Below, piece by piece: positions 6,050 to 14,610 of a DNA stretch of 22,354 nucleotides. The notes under the pieces were generated by a model. That model saw only the letters and a program-made list of their open reading frames with translations. It made no database searches and was not told the origin of the DNA. The translations under genes were made by a program, and so were the position numbers. The stretch's first letter is position 1, and the number at the start of each line of letters is the position of its first letter. This DNA is from Candidatus Thorarchaeota archaeon (GTDB lineage Archaea; Asgardarchaeota; Thorarchaeia; Thorarchaeales; Thorarchaeaceae). The stretch spans positions 1 to 22,354 of the forward strand of contig JBHIAE010000046.1 of NCBI GenBank assembly GCA_046758445.1, given 5' to 3'.

Positions 6050-8263
6050 TTGGTCAAGATTAAGGACCCAGATGCCATTAAGAGGCTCATCAAGTCAGAT
6101 GATTATGAGCACAAGAGAATCATCTCAATCAGTGCTCACATCGACCATGGAAAGACAACGACGACGGACTATCTCATGCGCCGTGCAGGTCTGATGAGCG
6201 ATGCCGCTGCTGGACAGGCATTGATGACAGATAGCGATGAAGAAGAGCAAGAGAGAGGAATCACAATCTTCACCTCTGTCGTGCTACTCAACTTCGACGT
6301 TGATGGCGAAGAATACCTCGTGCAGCTGTCCGATACACCTGGGCACCTCTCATTCACTGGTGAGGTTTCCCGTGCTCTCCGTGCCAGCGATGGGGCAGTC
6401 ATACTTGTCGACGCCCTTGAAGGAGTCATGACGCAGACTGAAACAAACATCCGTCTTGCTGTGGGTGGCGAGGCGTGCAAGCCCGTGCTCTTTGTAAACA
6501 AGGTGGATAGATTGATCAACGAGCTGAAGCTGCCACCGGCAAAAGTCTACGAACGCATCGACATCATCATTGCCAAAGTGAATGAGCTGATCAAGAAGGT
6601 CGCTCCAAAGGAATACGCAAAGGATTGGAGGGTCAATTTCCAAGAGGGAAGCGTAGCCATCGGCAGCGCGAAGACTGGCTGGGCATTTACGATGAAGACT
6701 CTTGAGAAGCAGGGAATCAAGCCCACCGTCGTGTTCGAGAAATACGGCGAGGGCGATGAGATGTGGCTAAGAGAAAATCTTCCCCTAGATGATGCTCTTC
6801 TCGAGATGATTGTATATCACCTTCCGAATCCGAAGGACGCTCAGAAGTACAAGATACCAAGGATATGGAAGGGAGACTTGGAAACTCCTGAAGGGAAAGC
6901 CCTTCTGGAGTGTAATCGCAATGGACCGCTTCTCGGTATGATTACAAAGATCTTTGTGGACCCGAAGAGCAAGAGACCAACTCTCATTGGACGAGTCTTC
7001 TCCGGCACCATCAAGTCAGGTCAGACCATGAGGCTCGTTGGAATGAAACAGAATGTTACAGTGAAAAGACTAGGCGTGCAGGAGATTACCGACATCCTCC
7101 CAATGGACAAGGTTCCCGCAGGAAACTTGTTCTCTGTATTTGGCTTCATATGTCCCTCTGGCGAGTCTTTCGTTGAGGTTGATTCAGACATGCCAGCTTT
7201 CGAGGCCATCGAGTACGTGAGCGAGCCAGTTGTCAGTAGGAGCATCAAGCCAGTAGACCCGCAAGACATTGCGAAACTTGGTGAAGTTGTTTCAAAATGG
7301 ATTATGGCTGATCCCACAGCCAGATTCATTCATGACAAGGAGTCAGGCGAATACCGACTAGACGGCATTGATCCACTACAGATAGAGATTCTCACAAAGC
7401 GCATCAACGAGCAGGTAAAGATCTCGATCTCCGAACCTATCATTGTGTACCGTGAGAAGATCACCGAGCGTGGTGACGAGTTCCACACCAAATCGCCAAA
7501 CGGTCACAACCGCCTACGCCTCTATGTTGAGCCGCTTGATGATAAGACAGTGGAGCTAATCAGGAGGAAGCGGATCACACCCGACCAGAACGCCCGAGAG
7601 CGTGCTCAGATTCTTCGTGATGAGGCAGGATGGGACGCAAAGAAGGCAAGGAAAATTCTCGACATCTATGAGTCCTCAATGCTTGTAGATGCCATGAGTG
7701 GAGTGCAGAGGTTCGACAGGATATTCTCCTATCTGCAGACTACGTTTCGAGATTTCATTGACCAGGGTCCACTGGCACGCGAACCCGTGATGGGAGTAAA
7801 GGTTGTGCTGACAGATGCGACTGTTCATACTGATCCTGCCCACACAGGATACAACGAAGTCGCCACAATGACAAGTTCTGGACTGAACATGAGTTTCCTG
7901 ACAGCTACTCCGGGTCTCTTTGAGCCAATCCTCAACACTGACATAAAGACCCCCACTGATACACAGGGCGGAGTGATAAAGGTCCTTACCGGTCACAGGG
8001 GACAGGTTGTCACGATTGAGGCCGAGGAGGACACAGTCACGATTAAGGGTGTCCTACCCACTGCGGAAACTATCGGCATAGCAGACGAGTTCAGAAGTGC
8101 AACTGCAGGGCGGAGCTTCTTTGGATATGAGTTCAGAGGGTTTGAGCCACTACCGGGCAGTCTGCAAGAAGAGAAGATTCTGGAGATCCGAAAGCGCAAG
8201 AAGATGCCCGAACAGATGCCGAGCCTGAGCTCATGGAGCAGATGGGTGTACAGACGAACCTAG
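6050..8263 (+). CDS. Translation elongation factor 2 family GTPase, divergent archaeal paralog (aEF-2p-like)
   Basis: G motifs AHIDHGKTT, RGITI, DTPGH and NKVD; full 737-aa length; diphthamide loop reads DPAHTG; not next to rps7/rps12/EF-1A. Confidence 0.92.
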   Translation: MVKIKDPDAIKRLIKSDDYEHKRIISISAHIDHGKTTTTDYLMRRAGLMSDAAAGQALMTDSDEEEQERGITIFTSVVLLNFDVDGEEYLVQLSDTPGHLSFTGEVSRALRASDGAVILVDALEGVMTQTETNIRLAVGGEACKPVLFVNKVDRLINELKLPPAKVYERIDIIIAKVNELIKKVAPKEYAKDWRVNFQEGSVAIGSAKTGWAFTMKTLEKQGIKPTVVFEKYGEGDEMWLRENLPLDDALLEMIVYHLPNPKDAQKYKIPRIWKGDLETPEGKALLECNRNGPLLGMITKIFVDPKSKRPTLIGRVFSGTIKSGQTMRLVGMKQNVTVKRLGVQEITDILPMDKVPAGNLFSVFGFICPSGESFVEVDSDMPAFEAIEYVSEPVVSRSIKPVDPQDIAKLGEVVSKWIMADPTARFIHDKESGEYRLDGIDPLQIEILTKRINEQVKISISEPIIVYREKITERGDEFHTKSPNGHNRLRLYVEPLDDKTVELIRRKRITPDQNARERAQILRDEAGWDAKKARKILDIYESSMLVDAMSGVQRFDRIFSYLQTTFRDFIDQGPLAREPVMGVKVVLTDATVHTDPAHTGYNEVATMTSSGLNMSFLTATPGLFEPILNTDIKTPTDTQGGVIKVLTGHRGQVVTIEAEEDTVTIKGVLPTAETIGIADEFRSATAGRSFFGYEFRGFEPLPGSLQEEKILEIRKRKKMPEQMPSLSSWSRWVYRRT

Positions 8264-8391
8264 AGTGAATCACACTTGGGTGGGTGGAGTCCGACTGGTC
8301 GGCGCTCGCTCTCCTTGCTTCTGATTCAGCCCAATCATAAGTATTGCATTCGATGGATATTTGACTGACGTAGCTCCCCTTCAGACACATT

Positions 8392-9720
8392 ATGAAACTC
8401 AAAGCACTTGATGAGCTTGGGACGCTGATCTCCTTCAAGACAATCAATGATCCTCCAGAGAAGAAAGCATCCTCCGCTTGCGCCAAATACATCAACGAGA
8501 AGCTCGAATCATTTGGATTCTTGACTGAGCTTATCGAGTCTGACGGGTACACTACCGCCTTTGGTCGTCGAGGCCACGGAGAGTTCAAGATACTGTTCCT
8601 TGCACACTTTGATGTAGTTCCAGTTGGCAAGGGATGGAATTCCGACCCTTTCAGGATTAGAGTAGACGGAGATAGAGCCTATGGCCGGGGGACATGTGAC
8701 GACAAAGGTAACGTTGTGTCTTTGCTGATGTTGGCTGAAGAGATTGCAGAGAGCGACTATCCAGCCACGGTGATGATTGCCGCTACTGGGGACGAGGAGA
8801 TTGGTGGTAGAAACGGTGCCTACGTACTCAGAGAGCACTTGGTCAAATCCGGTCTCTTTCCAGACTACGTAGTGGTTGCAGATGGCATCGACCAGCAGAT
8901 AATACACAGAAGACGAAACATCCTGCCGACCACAATTAAAGCAAAGACCTCTAAGAAGAGGCTGAAAGGACGTCACGAAACAGTTCGTTTCACCACAGAG
9001 TTCCTTGGTAGCGAGTCTCGTCATTCAGCATACATGAGGCCTGGTGTAGACAGACACTCGATGTTGGCAGCCTCCAAGCATCTGGACGTGAATCCATATG
9101 CTGTTGTCCAGAACTTGAGAGGCTCATTCCTGAGATCCAACATTGTACCCGATTGGGTCGAAATTGATCTTCTACATCCCGATGATACGGCCTCAGAGGA
9201 AGAGTATGATAGTACGCTCACGGCCTTAATCAGATCACTTCTGCCCGTATCACAGGCGGCATTCCCAACGAAGCACTCCGATAAGGGGACAATAATCTCG
9301 CCGAACCTGCTCTCCTTGGAGGATGACCTTTGGACCCTCTACTTTGATATCCGCGCCATGACTAACGACGGTGAATCGGTCGAGAATGCCATCCAAAGTG
9401 CATTGGATGACTCTGTGGATATCTTCTCACTGAAAGTGAACTCTGGAGCTGGCTATGTGGATTCAGACCCGGATTCACGACTCATCCGTTCTGCAAAGTG
9501 GGGACTGGAGAAAGAAGGCATTCGGTATCGTTTGATTGAAGGATTTGGTGGATCAGACTCACGCTTCTTCTCAGACGGGCCTGAACTATTCGATTTTGGG
9601 CCGCGAGGAGGCAATGTCCACGGGCCAAATGAGTGGGTTTCACTCTCTTCAATAAGGGAGAATGCTGACTTCTACTATACCCTGATTGAGGTGCTCTTGA
9701 GGAAACCTAGTGGGTTGTGA
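8392..9720 (+). CDS. M20 family metallopeptidase/deacylase (ArgE/DapE-like)
   Basis: AHFDVVP, GRGTCDDKG, DEEIG, GGSDSRF, HGPNE. Confidence 0.92.
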   Translation: MKLKALDELGTLISFKTINDPPEKKASSACAKYINEKLESFGFLTELIESDGYTTAFGRRGHGEFKILFLAHFDVVPVGKGWNSDPFRIRVDGDRAYGRGTCDDKGNVVSLLMLAEEIAESDYPATVMIAATGDEEIGGRNGAYVLREHLVKSGLFPDYVVVADGIDQQIIHRRRNILPTTIKAKTSKKRLKGRHETVRFTTEFLGSESRHSAYMRPGVDRHSMLAASKHLDVNPYAVVQNLRGSFLRSNIVPDWVEIDLLHPDDTASEEEYDSTLTALIRSLLPVSQAAFPTKHSDKGTIISPNLLSLEDDLWTLYFDIRAMTNDGESVENAIQSALDDSVDIFSLKVNSGAGYVDSDPDSRLIRSAKWGLEKEGIRYRLIEGFGGSDSRFFSDGPELFDFGPRGGNVHGPNEWVSLSSIRENADFYYTLIEVLLRKPSGL

Positions 9721-9775
9721 ATACCGCTTCGGAGTCATATCCGCCTCTACGGAAGCATCATTCTCACTGAGAGTC

Positions 9776-12700
9776 CTACCTCTCGCTAGGTGATATCGCT
9801 ACCAAAAGCTTCTCCTCGCCGAAGGTGTATTCCTCTTGGAAGCTACCGGTGGGCTTCTTCGCCTTCTTCAAGCTGGTGGCAAGTGTTTCCTCCGTGATAT
9901 ATCCTACATGAAGGTCAACTGCTTCAGCCATTCGCTTACTTGAGGAGTATTGAACTTCGATCATCTCGCTGACGTTTAGATCAGCTGACTTGCGCAAGTT
10001 CTGTACACGTCGAACGAACTCTCGTGCCAATCCTTCTAATTCCAGCTCATTTGTCAGTTCTGTCGTCAACGCTGCCACGTACGCGCCTTCTGCGGCTGTG
10101 GAAAAGCCCTCTTTTGCTTCGACTATGACCTCGACTTCCTCGGGCAGGATCTCGAACTTGTCGTCATTCACACGCACTTCTACAGATTCGCCAGCTTGAA
10201 ACTTAGTCGATACCGTACGCGGGTCCAGACTCATTATTGCATTGCGTATTGCAGGGAATTGGGAACCATACTTTTGACCAAGTTGCTTTGGGAGTGGTTT
10301 GAGCTGATAGTTCATCACCTCTGCAGCAACGTCGAGCAAACGAACACTCTTGACATTCAGTTCATCGCCAATCAGGTCTGCATAACGCAAGAGGATCTCC
10401 TGTTCTTTATCCAGTCCAACAGCAAATGCGATTTCAGATAACGGTTGACGAAGCTTGCGATTTGCTATGTTTCTTGCTGCGTGACCTAAGGACACCAATC
10501 GAAGCACTAGCGCCATCTCATTGGTAAGCACATTATCTACTGCATCGCTCACGGGCCAATCGCAGTGATGAACGCTCTCCGGTGCGCTTGTGTCAACACT
10601 CCTGACCAAGTTCTGGTGCATCACTTCTGACATAAATGGGACAAATGGGGCAAGTAGTCGGGAGAGATTGACCAAGACTCGATACAAGGTATCATATGCC
10701 GCATTCTTATCTGCGTCAGCCTCATCACTTGCACCTGATTCTGCCCAGAAGCGGCGACGGCTTCGTCGCAGATACCAGTTACTCAGGTGATCAATGAATC
10801 GGTCTACAACAGCTGCCGCCATGTTTGGTTCATAGGATTCTAAGTATGCAGTGACATCTCGAGTAACCTCGTTCATCCGGGAGAGTATCCACCGGTCTAG
10901 TAAGCCGGGAGTAGTCTTCAAGCCCTTCTTGGGAACCCACCCGTCTATGAGGGCATATGTGACAAAGAATGAATAGACATTCCATAGAGGGATTAGAAAA
11001 TGACGCCTAACTTCGTCACCGCGAGAATAGCCGAAAACAAGGTCTTTTTCGGGCCTATGTGAACAGAAGAGCCAACGCATCACATCCACTCCCATTTTAC
11101 TTGCGGCCTCATTAAACTCTATCATATTGCCCCAAGACTTGTGCATCACTCTGCCATCTTCACCGAGCAAGAGGGCATATGTGAAGACATGTCTAAATGG
11201 TGCTCTACGTTCTAATATGGTGCTCATTGTTAGAAGGCTATAGAACCAGTTTCTGAATTGACCTGGGAAACTCTCACTGATGAGTTCTGCAGGGAACCAC
11301 TTGTTCCAATACTTTCTGTCTGAGTTGTACCTTATGGTACTCATTCCAACTATTCCCGCATCTAACCAGGGATTACCTACGTCTGGGATTCTCTTCATCC
11401 TCTTGCCACATTCACTGCACTCTACCTCAATCTCATCAATAAATGGTCGATGAGGTGAATGACCCTCGAACATATCCCAGCCTGCTACAGCGCGCTTCTT
11501 TAGTTCCTCTCTGCTGCCTATCACATCAAAGTGGCCACAGTCTGAGCACTCCCATATGGGCAATGCGAGTCCCCAATATCGTTTCTTGGAAATCATCCAG
11601 TCATCCATATTCCTTAACCAGTCTAATTCCCTCTCTTTTCCAAAGGAAGGATGCCAGTTTGTTTCGTTGGCAACAACTTCCATGATTTGATATCGAAGGT
11701 TGCTCTCCTTCTGTTCTTCAGTGACCTCTTCATAGGGGATGTCAAGTTTGGCTCCCATTGAAATGAACCACTCATCAACAAGACGAAAGACTAGTTCCTC
11801 CTGACAACGCCAGCACACAGGATATCTGTGAGTATAGTCCTCTACCTTGTAGGTCAGTCCCTTCTTGGTTAGACTATCAAAGATGGGTTGGGCAACAGTA
11901 TTGACATTCATTCCAGACAACCAATCAAACCCGTCAATGAAGATACCATTCTCTGTAAGGGGTGCGATTGCAACAAGATTGAATTCCTTGGAGAGTTGGA
12001 AGTCCTCCGCTCCGCAGCCCGGGGCGACGTGCACGATCCCGGTGCCTTCCTCTTCTCCCACTTCATCCCATAGTATCACCTTGTGTCTTCCAGCAACTCC
12101 ACTCTCCTTTTGAGCCGGGAGTTCGTCAAAGGGACCGTGATAGAGCCAGCCCTCCATGTCAAAGCCAAGTAGCTCTCCTTCGACTTCGTAATCGCCTTTC
12201 AATATGTGTAGAGTCCCTCGGCTCAGGTAGAAGATCTCCTTGCCCTGACGCACTCTCACATAGGTCAGTTCGGGACCGACTGCAGCTGCTACATTACTGC
12301 TCAGTGTCCAGGGGGTCGTTGTCCATATCAGCAGACTCTCTCCGGGACGGTCCACTAACGGGAATCTCAACGTGATGCTTGGATGTGTCAACTCACGGTA
12401 GCCCTCGGTGACTATCTCATGTTGACTGATGGCTGTTCCACATCGAGCACACCACGGCATCACATCTCGACCTTTGTATATCCAACCCCTTTCATGACAT
12501 GACTTCAATACTGTCCAGATGGTGTAGTTGTTCTCTTCAGAGAATGTGTAGTATGATCCGCCAACCTCGGGCATTCCAAGTCTACCAACTAGCTGCTCTA
12601 CTGTATCTGTGACTGGACCATCTACACCATCAATGGTCATGACTGCCATCGGGTCACTGCCGAGTGCATCATGAAGCTTCTGAAGAGTTTCAAGATTGTC

Positions 12701-13132
12701 CCAGTCCATCCAAAAACCCAGTCGGATGCTTTGCTCAGTCATCACTCCAGCATACTTCAGTACACGCTGCTTACACAGGATGATGAACTTCTCCAACCCG
12801 TATTCTTCTATGTCTTGCTTGCCTTTGAAGCCCATATCACGCTCAACGTTTACCTCAACCCAGAGGCCCTGACAATCAAAGCCATTCTGATAGCGGGTAT
12901 GGTATCCCTGCATGGCCTTGAAGCGATGGTATAGATCCTTGTATGTTCGTCCCCATCCATGATGCACACCCATGGGATTGTTGGCTGTGATAGGACCATC
13001 GATGAACGACCATCTCGGTCCTTTTGCCCTCAGTTCCTTCAACTTCTTGAAAGCCTGGAGATCCTCCCATAGCTTGAGTGTCTCAATCTCTTGAGCAACG
13101 AAGTCAACCTGACTGGGGACTGGCTTGAACAT
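9776..13132 (-). CDS. ileS: Isoleucyl-tRNA synthetase, type 2 (IleRS2) with GVHH/VMHKS signature variants
   Basis: FIDGPITAN, GFDCQGL, WTTTPWTL and GTGIVHVAP editing motifs, DWMISKKRYWG, LSNWYLRRSRRRFW; ATG at 13132 follows a GGTGA SD. Confidence 0.97.
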   Translation of the reverse strand: MFKPVPSQVDFVAQEIETLKLWEDLQAFKKLKELRAKGPRWSFIDGPITANNPMGVHHGWGRTYKDLYHRFKAMQGYHTRYQNGFDCQGLWVEVNVERDMGFKGKQDIEEYGLEKFIILCKQRVLKYAGVMTEQSIRLGFWMDWDNLETLQKLHDALGSDPMAVMTIDGVDGPVTDTVEQLVGRLGMPEVGGSYYTFSEENNYTIWTVLKSCHERGWIYKGRDVMPWCARCGTAISQHEIVTEGYRELTHPSITLRFPLVDRPGESLLIWTTTPWTLSSNVAAAVGPELTYVRVRQGKEIFYLSRGTLHILKGDYEVEGELLGFDMEGWLYHGPFDELPAQKESGVAGRHKVILWDEVGEEEGTGIVHVAPGCGAEDFQLSKEFNLVAIAPLTENGIFIDGFDWLSGMNVNTVAQPIFDSLTKKGLTYKVEDYTHRYPVCWRCQEELVFRLVDEWFISMGAKLDIPYEEVTEEQKESNLRYQIMEVVANETNWHPSFGKERELDWLRNMDDWMISKKRYWGLALPIWECSDCGHFDVIGSREELKKRAVAGWDMFEGHSPHRPFIDEIEVECSECGKRMKRIPDVGNPWLDAGIVGMSTIRYNSDRKYWNKWFPAELISESFPGQFRNWFYSLLTMSTILERRAPFRHVFTYALLLGEDGRVMHKSWGNMIEFNEAASKMGVDVMRWLFCSHRPEKDLVFGYSRGDEVRRHFLIPLWNVYSFFVTYALIDGWVPKKGLKTTPGLLDRWILSRMNEVTRDVTAYLESYEPNMAAAVVDRFIDHLSNWYLRRSRRRFWAESGASDEADADKNAAYDTLYRVLVNLSRLLAPFVPFMSEVMHQNLVRSVDTSAPESVHHCDWPVSDAVDNVLTNEMALVLRLVSLGHAARNIANRKLRQPLSEIAFAVGLDKEQEILLRYADLIGDELNVKSVRLLDVAAEVMNYQLKPLPKQLGQKYGSQFPAIRNAIMSLDPRTVSTKFQAGESVEVRVNDDKFEILPEEVEVIVEAKEGFSTAAEGAYVAALTTELTNELELEGLAREFVRRVQNLRKSADLNVSEMIEVQYSSSKRMAEAVDLHVGYITEETLATSLKKAKKPTGSFQEEYTFGEEKLLVAISPSER

Positions 13133-13483
13133 GTCTTTCACCGACCATTGTAGCTTTCAAACGCAACATAGCTATTCGATGGGTGTTGCAACATTTTCTC
13201 ATACTGTCTTGAATATTCTTCAAAAATCGAACAAGCATGTTATCAGAGAATGGACTGGAATGACCTACACCCGAGCTAGTGAATTTGGCAATCCATCCTA
13301 ATCTCACCTATGTATGCTCTTTGAGAAAAGCAGTTGACCCCGTTAAAAAGCTTAGGCTAGTCGAACTTGACCACCTGCAAGCCACACTGAGTGTTTCGAG
13401 TCACTTGAAACGACCAAGACTTAATTGCAGCCGAAAGGACCTTCTCCGATAACCGGCTTTGCAGTCGGCCCATGGTGACGACT

Positions 13484-14155
13484 ATGAGTGCCCTTGAAGA
13501 AAGGTCAATCGAAGAGCTTGCTGATCTGATTCTTAATGTCAGATGGCAGGACCTTCTAGAAGTCTGGGGAGTCATCAGGAAGAAGATGGATGCAGACGGT
13601 CCTGATACTGTCAAGTCTGGCTTTCAGAGCGCTACGCAACGATTCATGGAGGGCACTCTTGAGAACCACCTAGAGGTTCGTTGGGGTATGAACCTCTGCA
13701 TGCATTGCAACGATGACAATATAGAGAAGAATGGAATCTGCTACGTACAGCCCAGCGGAGATGGACTTGAATTCAACCAGTGTCTGAACTGCCGGATTGG
13801 GATTCTGTACAACCTGGTCAGTGCAAACGCCAAGATGGATACGTATACTATTGGCATTGGAAATCCTGAACAGTTCAACGGAATGTCCTTCTTCTGGAAC
13901 GCGATTGTCCCTGATAACCTCGGCAGGTTTCAGCCTTCCTACGAGGTCATATCCAAAGGTCAATGGGTGGGTACCGTGTCGTTTGATGCCACTTTCACCC
14001 CAAGGTTCTTGGCATTTGGAAAGATGACTGCTTCAACGAAGAGGGATGCAGAAGAGCCCTGGACCTCCGACCTGCCGGATGAGATGAAGGCCGCCGTGGA
14101 TGCCTTTATTGAAGCCGCCCTTCCGCAAATTGAAGTCGCACTTGCACTAAGATGA
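13484..14155 (+). CDS. Hypothetical protein with CxxC...C...CxxC putative metal site
   Basis: Long ORF with CMHC and CLNC; ATG at 13484 after GGTGA (alternative start 13472). Confidence 0.75.
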   Translation: MSALEERSIEELADLILNVRWQDLLEVWGVIRKKMDADGPDTVKSGFQSATQRFMEGTLENHLEVRWGMNLCMHCNDDNIEKNGICYVQPSGDGLEFNQCLNCRIGILYNLVSANAKMDTYTIGIGNPEQFNGMSFFWNAIVPDNLGRFQPSYEVISKGQWVGTVSFDATFTPRFLAFGKMTASTKRDAEEPWTSDLPDEMKAAVDAFIEAALPQIEVALALR

Positions 14156-14174
14156 TATTCTGGAGGATTCGCAC

Positions 14175-14492
14175 TTGCCTGAGAAATTGGTCCGTGACAA
14201 GATACCAGATATAATCAGAACTGGGGGTCAAGAGCCGACTGTCCGAGTCGCCCATGGTGATGAACTAGACTATCTCATGAGAGCCAAGGTTGTTGAAGAG
14301 GCCGGCGAGCTCCTCTCTTCTGGAAGTAGTGATGAGATTGTAGACATTCTCGAAATCATTGATGCATTGCTCGAGCTGAGGTCAGTTGATCCATCCACTA
14401 TCGACGACAAGATGCGCAGGAAGAGGGAAGAACGTGGTGGTTTCAGGAGGGGATTTGTGCTGACCATGGAAGATGGGTCCAAGATTGACTGA
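14175..14492 (+). CDS. MazG-like/PRA-PH-type nucleoside triphosphate pyrophosphohydrolase
   Basis: KLVRDKIPDII, KVVEEAGE, EIVDILE and KREERGGF signature; TTG start after GGAGG. Confidence 0.9.
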   Translation: MPEKLVRDKIPDIIRTGGQEPTVRVAHGDELDYLMRAKVVEEAGELLSSGSSDEIVDILEIIDALLELRSVDPSTIDDKMRRKREERGGFRRGFVLTMEDGSKID

Positions 14493-14519
14493 CCCCTTTT
14501 CATACTCGGAGTCATCGGA

Positions 14520-14610
14520 CAAAGGTTATATTGAAGAATTCGCGGTGCCCACGTAGAATACCACCCCGTTTAGTGGTGGTTCCACTTTGTGATTTTGGAG
14601 TGGAAAGATA
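14520..14610 (+). promoter_or_regulatory. tes promoter and two-hairpin leader covering the SD
   Basis: CAAAGGTTATATT; helices TACCAC/GTGGTG and TTCCACTTT/GGAGTGGAA. Confidence 0.5.

Noticed and set aside
13168-13215. Short palindromes (ATAGCTAT, TGTTGCAACA) upstream of ileS
   Set aside because: Single 8-10 bp palindromes are expected by chance; no repeat or cognate regulator is in view.
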